Shown here in pieces: positions 47,663 to 60,825 of a stretch of DNA of 64,000 bases. Each line of letters opens with the position of its first letter. Position 1 is the stretch's first letter. The stretch is from assembly GCF_006345805.1 (NCBI RefSeq), contig NC_042998.1, forward strand, positions 23,498,001-23,562,000, read 5' to 3'. The position numbers were made by a program, and so were the translations under genes. The notes under the pieces were generated by a model. The model saw only the letters and a program-made list of their open reading frames with translations. It did not search any database and had not been told where the DNA came from. The DNA is from Octopus sinensis (lineage: Eukaryota).

Positions 47663-47844
47663 TGATAATAGTTAAATAAATAAGCAAGTAGAGTTAAACA
47701 ATATTTATTTAAGAAATAAATAAAATAATAATTTTTCTTATAGAAAAAAACTCCATTAACTAAATTAGAAACTTAAAACATTAGGATTCTGACATTGCAA
47801 AACAGCTAGAAGTTAGTCAAAGAACGTGTGTTACATATCTGCAT

Positions 47845-48030
47845 ACAACCGATATTGGTGTGTTTACGTCCCCCGTAACTTAGCGATTTGGCAAAAGAGA
47901 CTGATAGAATAGCTAACTAGGCTTACAAAAAATAAGTCCTGAGGTCGATTTGTTTGACTAAGGACAGTGCTCCAGCATGACCATAGTCAAATGACTGAAA
48001 CAAATGAAAAAAGAAAAAAGTTGGAAAAAT
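47845..48030 (+). mobile_element. SINE family A 3' module
   Basis: ACAACCGATATTGGTGTG..CAGCATGACCATAGTCAAATGACTGAAAC. Confidence 0.7.
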
Positions 48031-48449
48031 AAAGAATATATTTTAATATAAATAAATCAGAGATGATAGAAAAGGGAATTCACAAGATTCTTTATTCAAA
48101 ACCACTACAATTGTTTTCACTCATTGCCACACTTGTAGTTCATAGGTGAGATGCTGTACTGTCAATTTTCTTGCATCACAGATGTAGAATGTTCCTCCTC
48201 AGGTGACTTTATAAACAAGTTCCTCACTATGTCTTCTCACCATTTGCTTTATTTCATAATATATACCTACGTAAATGTGGCATTGTAGAAGTTCTCAGAT
48301 GGAACTATATTTTATTATATTTTAATGTATATATAAATTTGAGTAATGGGATATATACATGCTATATTTTAATACACATATATTTAATTAATGGAATATA
48401 TACATGCTACATTTTAATACATATGAATTTGATTAATGAGTTAAGTGTA

Positions 48450-48936
48450 CTGTAATTCCTCAAGTATAATCCGCATCTTTTTCCCAAAATTTAAAGGTCA
48501 AAATCCTTAGTGCGTACTATATACGAGGTTAAAAATGAAAAATATTTTCTAAGCAATGTCCGAGTCTCTATTTGCTGCCCGGAACTGTTTACTCAGGCAT
48601 TTTGTGATGTCAGTGTGAAAATATCTTAAGCTAAGCCTGAAAGCAATGAAGTCATAGATAACTTGCAATAAGCAACATTTATTAAACGTTATTACTGTTA
48701 TTTCTTAATTTTCTGCAAATAAAATGCACAAAAAAGCTACACGTTTGCATCATGTTAATATATACAATAATAATAAAGGACGTTACCGTATACATTTTTA
48801 CAAACCATGGACGTTATATAGACCTCCTTCACTCAAGTTAGAGAAGGGGTGCATATTATACACATGGTTTAGGTTTTTCAGAGGTACAGCTCCCTAAAAA
48901 TCCCCTGCGTATTATACTCGAGGGTGGACTATACGG
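48450..48936. mobile_element. pogo/Tigger-like MITE
   Basis: TA-CTGTAATTCCTCAAGTATAATCCGCA ... TGCGTATTATACTCGAGGGTGGACTATACGG-TA; imperfect TIR, TA on both sides. Confidence 0.55.
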
Positions 48937-49887
48937 TATATTAAACTCGTAAATGATATCGAAATAAATGTCAGCTTTATGCAACAAATCTTGAAAATTG
49001 AACCATTGTGCTTTAGATTTGTTGATACATTTCTTTCATTTTATTATCAAAGAAGGAGAGAAAATCCAATACAATATCCAATATATGAACAGGTGAGATG
49101 AAAGTCGGTCTTATTTGTAGGTGTTCTTATCTCCATATCGACGTGATCCTTAACATAATTACTATTTGTTTATTGACAATTTGTGAAGCTGTTTATTAAC
49201 ATTCTCTCATGTCTTACTTGGAAAGAAAATGCAAACTAAAGACAGTTTTTTATTATTTGCGAAATTAAATAACTCTATCGACAAACAGAAGAATGTGCTT
49301 GCATTTAGAAAGTTGTAAACTTGTTTTCATTGATTTGTTATTTTTGTAGAAGTTGAGAAATTTGATTGTCTTGTGAGAAAATACTGTTATGTAAACATCG
49401 TCTTATCTAGGAAGAGAATTTATTGATTTCTTTTTATGGTACCACGTCTGTATATATAACAGAAATGTGTGAGGTAAAGAGGCTTAGAAAAATATTATTT
49501 TTGACCTCCTTACTTGAAAATGAGGTAAACTGAGCAGGTTGTACGTGGAGTGGGAACAGGTTATGAATCTGTTACAAGCAACAGCTGTTTGGGTGAAAAA
49601 TAATGAGGAAAGTATAACTAAAAAGTGTGGCAAGCTTCACATAATTTAGTAAATGATCAAAGTAGATATAGAGAATGGGTTATACAACACAGAAAAGACG
49701 TTTAGCTAAATATCTTCTTATTTCGGTCAAAGGTTATCTAAAATTTACATGGAAGAAGTTATATGTAATTCATGAAGGGTTCATGTAATTTTGAAGGCTA
49801 TCAAAAATATAAGCAGAGAGAAATGGGTTCAAGTAGAAATTGAAACAATTGTGTTACCTATATGAAGAACAGTGATCATTCATATTA

Positions 49888-50077
49888 CTCTTACTCCTTT
49901 ACTTGTTTCAGTCATTTGACTGTGGTCATGCTGGAGCACTGCCTTTAGTTGAGCAAATTGACCCCAGGACTTATTCTTTGTAAGCCTAATACTTATTCTA
50001 TTGGTCTCTTTTGCCAAACTGCTAAGTTACGGGGACGTAAACACACCAGCATCAGTTGTCAAGCGATGTTGGTGGGA

Positions 50078-50125
<48 letters not shown>

Positions 50126-50298
50126 CATATATACGATGGGCTTCTTTCATTTTCTGTCTACCAAATCCACTCATAAGGCTTTGGTTGGCCCAAGGCTATA
50201 GTCGAAGACACTTGCCCAAGGTCCCACGATGTGGGACTGAACCCGAAATCATGTTGTCGGTAAGCAAGCTACTTACCACACAGCCACTCCTACGCCTG
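49888..50298 (-). mobile_element. SINE family A, full length
   Basis: All modules in reverse complement. Confidence 0.9.
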
Positions 50299-50889
50299 TA
50301 ATTACCAGAATATGAAGCATGTCCATGATTGTGCTTGATGCAAGTCAACAGTAGATTCACAGACTCAGTTTGTTAAGTGTTTACTTCTTTTCTATGCCAT
50401 GACACCATTTTGGTTTTTATTCAACTATGAAAATAATTCAGTATTAAAATAAAGGTAAAGTATACATTTTTCATGAATTAGGTGTCCTGTTCTGAATGTT
50501 AATTGGTATCTGAAATGAATATTGATAGGTATCTTTCAATTCATTTCAAAACTTAACATCTAAGGTATGCAATTATGGCTAAAGATATTGATGGAATATT
50601 GATTAAAGAGAAGTTTTTATATACTTTTACATATATGCTAGACAGAAATATGGTAATAGTAGAAAAGAAGAATGGGGAAATAATTTAGAGAAGAGGGGAA
50701 AATATTTAAGGAACTTAAAACTTTATCAAAAATATCAAATAAAAGAACCCCACCAAAAACCTGTCTTTGGAGAGAAACAATATGAAGGGTGGTAAGGTAT
50801 GATAGGATTCACATCTATAGAGAATTTATAGGGACTGGAATAATAACTGAGTTTAGGTTTTGGATTATGTGATGAAGAACTCTTCTTTG

Positions 50890-51048
50890 CATACATACAT
50901 ACATACATACATACATACATACATACATACATACATACATACATACATACATACATACATACATACATAATACATACATACATGCATACATACATATATG
51001 CATACATACACACATACATACAAATACACACATGCATACATACATACA
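50890..51048. repeat. (TACA)n microsatellite
   Basis: Direct reading; another at 61595-61690. Confidence 0.9.
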
Positions 51049-51104
51049 CAATAGGCTTCTCTCACTTGCTTTTGATATATCTACTTACACATATATCATG
51101 ATCA

Positions 51105-51423
51105 TGATCATGATCATCATAATCATCATTTAACAGGAGCAGGCAAGACCAGGAGCTGTACCAAGCTCATGGTTTCTGTAGATGGATGCCCTTCATAATG
51201 ACAACCACTTTACAGAATGTATGGGGTGCTTTTTATGTGGTACCAACACGTGCAGGGTCACCAAGTACCTTGTATCATAAAAATCCCTCAACTGGGAGTG
51301 GGGAACTGAACCTGGTGAGGCTTTCTGCCAGTTAAAAGACTAAAAGTAATAAAGGAACAGATGTATAAATGCACATGAGTATGTGTATGTGTATGTTTGC
51401 ATACATACACATGCACACTCACA

Positions 51424-51459
<36 letters not shown>

Positions 51460-51745
51460 CATATACGTATGTATATATTCTTGACATATAGTTTTTGTAG
51501 TATAGTCAACTGGGCTGAGCTTCATCATCATCATCATCATCGTTTAACATCTGCTTTCCATGCTGGCATGGGTTGGACAGTTTGACTGAGGACTGGCAAG
51601 CCAGGAAGCTGCACCAGGCTCCAATCTGATCTGGCAAGGTTTCTACAGCTGGATACCTTCTCTTCCTAACACCAGCCACTCCAAGAGTGTAGTGGGTGAT
51701 TTTTATGTGCCACCAGCATGGGGGCCAGTCAGCGCCACCAGCATC
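51105..51745 (-). mobile_element. Two RTE-type 3' ends (51105-51270 and 51522-51745)
   Basis: Family F motifs with (ATC)n. Confidence 0.7.
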
Positions 51746-53262
51746 CTTCAAGCAATATCTACAGACAGGGAGAGCTCAGTTCTCCAAGCTAGTTAAACAC
51801 TCATCTTTCCTGTACTGATTCTGCTCATAGCAAACAGTTGTCCTCCCCAACTCCGCTCTAGCAAAGTAAAACTATTTAAGAGTTGAAAGACTTAACTTCC
51901 TTTGATGTCATAGTTGTGCATAATTATGCTCAATACAATTTATTTTTATATGTGTGTACAGTCTGGCATAGATTACACCTTCTAATGATCTATAGAACAT
52001 CTCAAAGTGAATATTAGTAACAAGCAGCTTTGTGGTATATTTGCTATTGGAATACAGTGCCAACTTACCTCATGAAAGATATTTCAATGTAGAAGTACGA
52101 TACAGAGAGAAAATGATAATTTACTCATCTTCGTAGCCTCTATTTAGTTGTATTTTATATGAAATTGGAAACATGGTGATTTATTGCAAATGGAAATACA
52201 TCAAAATTCGTTTCAGTTTCCAAATCAAATGTTTACCTCCATCATTACTCAAAGAATCAAAGATATGTGTTCTGTCTATCTGGTTCTAAAGTTGCACAGC
52301 CTTAATGAAAACATACCAGATAAAAACATTAAAAGTAAAGCAATTAATGTCTTTGAGAAGAAAGAAAGAAAAGGAATGAAAATGAAAGAAAAGAAACCTA
52401 GAAATGATTCAATTCTAATAATTCAAGCAAACACCATTTCTGTCTTCTACATTTGATTTATACTGCAAACTCTGTTATCAAAAGTTCATAGCCCCTGGTA
52501 TATGGATTTCATCTGTAAATGTCACATAATTCTTCTTCTATTGATCAAAAACCAGTTATATCAATAATAGTTATTTGAGACCCAGAGAGACAATCTATAT
52601 GTGGTCTTTCACTCTGTGAGAAACTAAAGCTAAATAGCTTGCAACTTACGCTTTATTATCTTAAAGCAGGAAGGACATATGGAATAATGGAGTCCAGAAA
52701 AAACAACAACAACAAAACAAAAACAAAGAAACGTGATAGTCTTAGCTGAAAAAGGCTTTTATCATAGGTCTGTCTGTTCGGGGTCAACCTGAGGCTAAAT
52801 ATCATCCATGATATTTTAATTACATGATAGTGTAATTAAATATGTTAATGTGCTAATATAGAAGACCTTTATAGAATAGTTCAGTTTACTAGAAATAGCA
52901 GCCAAATCTCCTTCTAGCCAGACACTACAATCTTAAGGGAAAAAAGGAAGAACACATTAGAGAATGTAGGGTTAGGTATATTCAAATGTGATGGTCTTGA
53001 CTGGCATGTCTTTGAATTTAGGTCTGCTCAACCATGGTAACATCTGGGTAAAGTGGCAAAGTAGACAATTTCTCTGACTACCAGCTCTTTAGTTATAAGT
53101 TATGAGTTCTAATTTGTTATTAGTATTTCATTTTGTCTCCCCATGAGATATTTAATTCTATAATCCCACGGCGAGAGGAAGCATCTGGCCTTTCTGAGAT
53201 AATGTTATGTAAAATAGAGCAGTGTCTAGTTTAAGAGAAAAAATTGTTTTCTATTTGTTTAA

Positions 53263-53482
53263 CTCTTTCGTTACTGTATTTATTTTGAGATGCTCTGTGT
53301 TTCTTTCAATTACTTTAAATACAACAAAAGATTTAGTAAAATAACTTAGTTATCATTAAGCTGGTGTTAGGAACATAAATTGTGACTAAGGTTTGGTGGA
53401 AGATTTTAATTCAAAACTTATGAAAACAAGACATTTGTACTCAGAGCCAGAGGCTGTTTCAGCCGGGCTGGTAACAAAATGG
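53263..53482 (+). mobile_element. piggyBac-type MITE, same family as 36839-37059
   Basis: TTAA-CTCTTTCGTTACT ... GGTAACAAAATGG-TTAA; interior aligns along its length. Confidence 0.85.
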
Positions 53483-54107
53483 TTAAAGTTTTTTACAGAG
53501 TAATTTTTGAAAATAATGGCAACATTGGGGATCTGAAATATTTTTATTATGAATTTTATATCATCAAGGAAATAGAATAAATGAAATGAGAAATGAGGAA
53601 AGCTTCTAACAATGAAGAAAGTTTTGAAAAAAAACCTTTATTTTCTGGGGTGTCTAGGCCTATCTTCAGAAGGATATGATCAAAAGCTTTCCTCATTTCT
53701 CCTTTCATTTTGCATTCCACTTCTGCACTACAATGCTTCAAGTAAACTACAACGTACTTCTTTATCTTGGAAAGTTTTCTTTCAGATGTATTTATTACAT
53801 AAATAAAGGCAGTCCAATAAATAAGAAACAGAGACTCAGTGTAATGAATAACACTTTATTAGCTGCTAGATATACAGTATGTAATTTGGCCAAAATAAAT
53901 AAACATTTTAAAACAGAAATAAAGCTTTCTCAAAATAGGAGAAGCAGATATAAACAAACTAGAAGACTTGCCAGTAGTTTATTGTACAATTAGTTTCAAA
54001 GGTGTCTGTTATATTTCATACAAAGGAATTTATTTTGACTAGCACCCCTCCTTCCGTGAATCTTCTAACTGTGCTACTACTCACTCAGGTGCTTTAAATG
54101 ATACCTA

Positions 54108-54335
54108 TTTCTTTACTGCCCGCAAGGGGCTACACACAGCGGGGACAAACAAGGACAGACAAATGGATTAAGTCGATTATATCGACCCCAGTATGTAACT
54201 GGTACTTAATTTATCGACCATGAAAGGATGAAAGGCAAAGTCGACCTCGGCGGAATTTGAACTCAGAATGTAACGGCAGACAAAATTCGGCTACGCATTT
54301 CGCCCGGTGTGCTAATGTTTCTGCCAACTCACCAA
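54108..54335 (-). mobile_element. SINE family C
   Basis: Reverse complement of 39845-40070. Confidence 0.8.
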
Positions 54336-54954
54336 ATGATACCATCAATCCCCCTACACTTCACATTGTACCCTTACAACTGTTCCTTAACAACTCTTTC
54401 ACCTCCTGCTGCTGTTGTTGTTGTTAAGCAACAAGACGGGTATGGGTGATTGGGTGATGGTCTAGGGCTCAGTGGCAGGAGACCCCAGACCTTGGAAAAA
54501 AAAAACTTTGGTTGTCTTGTAGTTGAGGGCTCTTCGTTGACACCTGACACCACTGAGATGTGGCCCTCGAAGTCGCTGGGAATGGAGATCTCCAGGTCCA
54601 AATTCTTGAACAGCTGCTGCTGCTGCTCCCTGGCTCACTCCTATTTCCTTCAGTTTCTCTCCCCCAAACTTGATATCCACCTCAATCCCCATTTGTTTTA
54701 CACTTTCCATACGCTAGCAGTCTCACTTGCCTTACCCTGTTCTATTTTCCCTATTCTCTTCCCCAAATTCACCTTGTACCTTGGAAGTATACACTTACCA
54801 CCTTCCCTTTTCTCTCTCTCTCTCTCTCTTTCCATCTGAGGAAGCTATGTACTCACCTCTTCAGGGAGACACCTGTTGCTGTCCATCTATCATTCTTTCA
54901 CATCCCTCGAAGCTGTAGCTCACTTGGTTGAGGGGGCATGATTTGTGGGTTCTT

Positions 54955-55250
54955 GGTGAAGCAAGATTCTTACCACACAGCCACACCTGCACCTATAAGT
55001 ATATACATATGTGTGTGTGTGGGTGTGTGTGTTTGTGTCAGTTTTTGTCCCACACCACCACTTGACAACTGATGTGGGTGTGTTTACGTCCACATGATTC
55101 AGTGGTTTGCTGAAAGAGACTGATGGAATAAGTGTCAAGCTTTACAAAATAGAAGTACTGGGATCAATGCATTCAACTAAAAATTCTTTGAGGCAGTGCC
55201 CCAGCATGGCCACAGTCTAATAACTGAAACAAGTAAAAGATAAAAGATAA
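54955..55250. mobile_element. SINE A fragments (head on -, 3' module on +)
   Basis: Family motifs. Confidence 0.6.
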
Positions 55251-55595
55251 ACGATACAGCATTTCCTTTTCTCTGAATGTTTTCTAACCTCATGGATTTT
55301 CAGTTGCTCCATCATTTCTTATCTCTTCAGAGCATTAATTAGGTTTCTTTGTAATCTAATCTTATCCTCTATTTGGAAAGATGTGTTTACTGAAGAGCCA
55401 AATGTTTGCATATAGAGAAGATTGACCTGTCTGCCAGGCTAAGATAGATAGCTCAATAGAAGAAAGGTGCATGCATGCTGCAACTTGGATGTTAAATAGA
55501 AATACCAATATGTGTGCTGTGTGTATGTGTGTGTATGTGTGTGTGTGTGTCTGTGTGTGTGTGTGTGTGTGTGTATGTGAGTGTGTGAGTGTGTA

Positions 55596-56652
55596 CAGGG
55601 TGCGGTGAATAAACAGTTGTCTAAATTACACAAAAAGGAAAAAAAACACTGACATCTCATTTTAACAGATATCCTTAAATCCTTAAAAATGTTTTAGCCC
55701 GAAGGCCATGGCCATGCTGGGGCACTCAATAAAATCGCCATTGGCTTCAACCACAGCCTTCAGATGACTTTGGAACCTCCTGCAACTCTTCTGGATGGTT
55801 TCCTTGTTTAAATTGGTCAATGCTGCCATAATCCTTGCGTTCAGTTCATCTTTGGTGTTACAAGGAGTTTTGTTGGTCTCTCACTCAACTGTGCCCCACA
55901 CATAATAATCAAGGGGTTTGCAGTCTGGGGAGTTAGGTGGCCAGATGTTAGGGGAGATGTGGATGCAGAAATTGTCTAACAGCCATGACTGGGTTCTCCT
56001 GCTTGCGTGGCATGGTGCAGAGTCCTGTTGCCAAACATAAGGGCTTCCAACAGCCACCCTCTTGACCCAGGGCAGCACTACCTCCTCCAGGCACTTGATG
56101 TAGCCTTCGATGTTGAGTGTGAGGCCATGTGGGAAGATGAATGGAGACGTAACGTCACCATCACTAGTGATCACTTCAAACACCATGATGTTGACTGGAT
56201 GTTTGATTTTTATTACTCTCAGTACATGTTTTGGGAACATGGCAAGCCAATGGTTGTTCTGTGTGTTCACCATCTGATCCTGGCAGAAATTTTTCTCATC
56301 TGAGAAAAACCAGAATATGTTTGGTTGGAGGGAATGCTTGAGTTTGCACAAAAGCTTCATAGCATGGTCTTTGATGGCTTGGGATAAAAATTAGCCCTTT
56401 CCCATCTTGTATGCAGAATACCAGATGTCTTCCTGCACTACCTGCCTGATAAGAAACTCAGACACTCCCATGTCCCTAGCAATGGACCTGATTGACTTGA
56501 GTGATCATTGTCAGTCATAGCCTGGAACTCACTGACAAATTTAGGAGTTCTTTCTTATCAGAACGATCAGAGTGAATTTTCTGAGCTGCCCTACCTTTGT
56601 AATCACCATTAGACTCACCCAACTCTTTTTGAATTGGCACCCAAACACCCTG
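55596..56652 (-). mobile_element. maT-type (DD37D) Tc1/mariner element, degenerate transposase
   Basis: FSDEKNF..QQDSAPCH-x-WPPNSPDCKPLDYYVW with 37 residues between second and third D; HTH-like SIARDMGVSEFLIRQVV upstream; TA-CAGGGTG at 55594-55602, CACCCTG at 56646-56652. Confidence 0.85.
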
Positions 56653-56899
56653 AAATGTTCGTATTGGAGCTTCTTGCATGAATACCAAGCAATACAGCAT
56701 GAGTATCTGTTGCTCTTGCTCCAGTTCACTCAGCTGTAAATGTGTAGTCCTCCTTCCTACATGGCCACAGCCCAATGACTGAAGTGATAAACAATAGGTT
56801 TGATAGTACAATTTATCTATGTGCTGAGTTCAACTCCTATCAAAATCACCTTTGACTTTTATACTTCTGGGTTTGATGAAATAAAGTACCCCTAGGTGC

Positions 56900-57078
56900 A
56901 GGTGGGGCTGTGTACTAAGACGTTTGCTTCCAGATTCAGTCCTACTGCATGGCCCCTCAAGCAAGTGTCTTCTACTATAGCCTTAAGTGAACCAAAGCCT
57001 TGTCAGTGGATTTGGTGGCTGGAAAGTGAAAGAACCCCATGAAAATTAAAAGAAAGATCTTCAATGGGTGTATCGTGC

Positions 57079-57110
<32 letters not shown>
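56900..57110 (+). mobile_element. SINE family A 5' half, diverged
   Basis: CAAGTGTCTTCTACTATAGCC..AAAGCCTTGTCAGTGGATTTGG + (TG)n(AG)n. Confidence 0.6.
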
Positions 57111-57135
<25 letters not shown>

Positions 57136-57321
57136 AAGCATGGGTATAAATGTTTGGTTGAAGACTGTTTATCTATTTGGCCAGCTGGGACTAAGCCAGC
57201 TGTTACCAATGCTGTCAACACAATCCATATCAAACAGAAGAAATACATCTGAGGACATAATTCCAAATGGAAATGTTATATAAATAATTTGTTATTACTT
57301 TAACCTTTTTGTTTATTGTTT

Positions 57322-60146
57322 GTGAGAGAAAAGTTGAACCTAAGAAGTGTCAGTTGTGGTGTGCAAGAGAGACGGCTGCGCTGGTATGGTCATGTGACGA
57401 GAATGGCTGAAGATAGTTGTGTGCAAAAGTGCTACACCCTAGCAGTTGAGGGAACCTGTGGAAGAGGTAGACCCAGGAAAACCTGGGACGAGGTGGTGAA
57501 GCACGACCTTCGAACTTTAGGTCTCACCAAGGAAATGTCTGAAGACCGAGTCCTATGGAAGTGTGCTGTGCATGAGAGGACCCGGCAGGACTAGTCAGGC
57601 CATATCCCGTGGCCCCTACCTGGGACGTAGTCGATCCACCTGTGCATACCTTCCTTCTTGTGACACTTGTGAAGACCTGCTGAGGCAAGTGAAAATCAAT
57701 CAAAATAGATGAACATCAATGGAATTTGTATCTTTGTGGTACCAGTGCCTGTGGCACACAAGAAAACCATCCGAACGTGGCCGTAGCCAGTACCGCATCG
57801 ACTGGCCTCCATGCTGTGGGAACATGGTGGCACATAAAAACACCATCCGAAGACCCGGCAAGACTAGTCAGGTCATAACCCGTGGGCCCTACCTGGGACG
57901 TAGTCAGTCCACCTGTACATACCTTCCTTCTTGTGACACTTGTGAAGACCTGCTGAGGCAAGTGAAAATCAAATCAAATCAAAACAAATCAAAATAGATG
58001 AACATCAATGGAATTTGTATCCTTGTGGTACCAGTGCCGGTGGCACACAAGAATCCATCCGAACGTGGCCGTAGTCAGTACCGCTTGTGGTACCAGTGCC
58101 GGTGGCACACAAGAATCCATCCGAACGTGGCCGTAGTCAGTACCGCTTGTGGTACCAGTGCCGGTGGCACACAAGAATCCATCCGAACGTGGCCGTAGTC
58201 AGTACCGCATCACTCGCCATCGTGCTGTGGGCACATAACAAACACCATCCGGTCGTGGCCGTTCGCCAGCCTCATCTAGCACCTGTGTCGGTGGCACATA
58301 AAAACACCTTCCGAAGACCCGCAAGACTAGTCAGGCCATAAACCATGGCCCCCACCTGGGACGTAGTCAGTCCACCTGTGCATACCTTCCTCCTTGTGAT
58401 ACTTGTGAAGGCCTGTTGAGGCAAGTGAAAATCAAATCAAATCAAATCAAAACAAATCAAAATAGATGAACATCAATGGAATTTGTATCTTTGTGGTACC
58501 AGTGCCGGTGGCACACAAGAGAAAACCATCCGAAAGTGGCCGTAGCCAGTACCGCATCGACTGGCTTCCGTGCTGTGGGCACATGACAAACACCATCCGA
58601 TCGTGGCCGTTCGCCAGCCTCATCTAGCACCTGTGTCGGTGGCACATAAAAACACCATCCGAAGACCCGGCAAGACTAGTCAGGCCATAACCCATGGCCC
58701 CTACCTGGGACGTAGTCAGTCCACCTGTGCATACCTTCCTTCTTGTGACACTTGTGAAGACCTGTGAGGCAAGTGAAAATCAAATCAAAACAAATCAAAA
58801 TAGATGAACATCAATGGAATCTGTATCTTTGTGGTACCAGTGCCGGTGGCACACAAGAGAACCATCCGAACGTGGTCGTAGCCAGTTCCGCATCGACCGG
58901 CCTCCGTGCTGTGGGCACGTAACAAACACCATCCGATCATGGCCGTTCGCCAGCCTCATCTGGCACCTGTGTCGGTGGCACATAAAAAACCTTCCGAAGA
59001 CCCGGCAAGACTAGTCAGTCCACCTGTGCATACCTTCCTTCTTGTGACACTTGTGAAGACCGGTTGAGGCAAGTGAAAATCAAATCAAATCAAAATAGAC
59101 AAAATAGATGAACATCAATGGAATTTGTATCTTGTGGTACCAGTGCCTGTGGCACAAGAAATCCATCAGTGCCGTAGTCAGTGCGGTGGGCACATGACAA
59201 ACACCATCCGATCGTGGCCGTTCGCCAGCCTCATCTAGCACCTGTGTCGGTGGCACATAAAAACACCATCCGAAGACCCGGCAAGACTAGTCAGGCCATA
59301 ACCCATGGCCCCTACCTGGGACATAGTCAGTCCACCTGTGCATACCTTCCTTCTTGTGACACTTGTGAAGACCTGTTGAGACAAGTGAAAATCAAAACAA
59401 ATCAAAATAGATGAACATCAATGGAATCTGTATCTTTGTGGTACCAGTGCCGGTGGAACGTGGCACATAAGAAAACCATCCGAACGTGGCCGTAGCCAGT
59501 ACCGCATCGACTGGCCTCCGTGCTGTGGGCACGTAACAAGCACCATCCGATCGTGGGCGTTTGCCAGCCTCATCTGGCACCTGTGTCGGTGGCACATAAA
59601 AACACCATCCGAGCGTGGCCGTCTGCCAGCCTCGTCTGGCACCTGTGTCGGTGGCACATAAAAACACCATCCGAGCGTGGCCGTCTGCCAGCCTCGTCTG
59701 GCACCTGTGTCGGTGGCACATAAAAACACCATCCGAGCGTGGCCGTCTGCCAGCCTCGTCTGGCACCTGTGTCGGTGGCACATAAAAACACCATCTGAGC
59801 GTGGCCGTCTGCCAGCCTCGTCTGGCACCTGTGTCGGTGGCACATAAAAACACCATCCGAGCGTGGCCGTCTGCCAGCCTCGTCTGGCACCTGTGTCGGT
59901 GGCACATAAAAAACACCATCCGAGCGTGGCCGTTTGCCAGCCTCGTCTGGCACCTGTGTCGGTGGCACATAAAATCACCCACTACACTCTCGGAGTGGTT
60001 GGCGTTAGGAAGGGCATCCAGCTGTAGAAACACTGCCAGATCTGACTGGACTGGTGCAGCTTTCGGGCTCCCCAGACCCCAGTTGAACCGTCCAACCCAT
60101 GCTAGCATGGAAAGCGGACGTTAAATGATGATGATGATGATGATGA
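57322..60146 (+). mobile_element. RTE LINE 3' end with six tandem 3'-UTR units
   Basis: ORF end 57316-57594 RRLRWYGHV..GRGRPRKTW..; units restart at (GA)AGACCCGGCAAGACTAG near 57580, 57852, 58315, 58663, 58998, 59273; (GAT)n tail at 60126-60146. Confidence 0.95.
59540..59974. repeat. 62-bp tandem repeat, about 7 copies
   Basis: CACCATCCGAGCGTGGCCGTCTGCCAGCCTCGTCTGGCACCTGTGTCGGTGGCACATAAAAA repeated; shifts 2 nt per 60-nt line. Confidence 0.95.
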
Positions 60147-60419
60147 TAAACACTAAACTAAGACAGTTTCGTTGTAAAACTTAATTGTTTCATTGTGTCT
60201 TTAGTTGAAATCAGAGAAGATAATGGCAATTATATTGTCAGTATGTTCTGACTCTCTTCAACCAATAAAACTGAGAGAAAATTAATTTGACTTTTTTCTA
60301 CAATGTTATCAGTAGAAGAAGAACATATATCCATGACATTTTTCAGGGCTTCTGTGATTGGTGTGTGGGAAAAACAAAAGAAATCATGACTTAAGTTGCT
60401 GTAAAAGAAAGCAGAGTGG

Positions 60420-60665
60420 AGGCATGTGGCTTAGTGGTTAGGGTGTTGAACTCATGATCGTAAAGTTGTGGTCTCGATTCCTGGGCCAAGTGATGCGTTG
60501 TGTTCTTGAGCAAAGCACTTCATTTTCACGTTGCTCCAGTCCACTCAGCTGGCAAAAATGAATAATCCTGTGATGGACTGGCGTCCTGTCCAGATGGGGG
60601 ATTTCTACGCCACTGAAACCGGGAAACCGGCCCTTACGAGCCTGGCATGGCTCGAGAAGGAACAT
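60420..60665 (+). mobile_element. tRNA-headed SINE, family B head with a different 3' part
   Basis: TGGCTTAGTGG, GTCTCGATTCC, GTTCTTGAGCAAAGCACTT..CTGTGATGGACTGGCGTCCTGTCCAG. Confidence 0.7.
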
Positions 60666-60825
60666 GTATTATTTTTTTTTTAAAAGAAAGCAGAGACATT
60701 AAAGTATTGAATTTTCTTCAGATTTAAAACCTTGTCCAAAAGCTTGCAAATAGAAAGGAGTCTGGTAAAGACACCTAAGGGTCAAGTTGTGATATTAAAC
60801 AGATTATGGGTTAAGTCCATCAACA

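Noticed and set aside
59540-59974. CRISPR-like array suggested by regular repeats (also 17426-17735, 42469-42690)
   Set aside because: Units are wholly repeated, or their variable parts are homologous to each other; there are no unique spacers or cas genes, and they lie inside a eukaryotic LINE 3' UTR.
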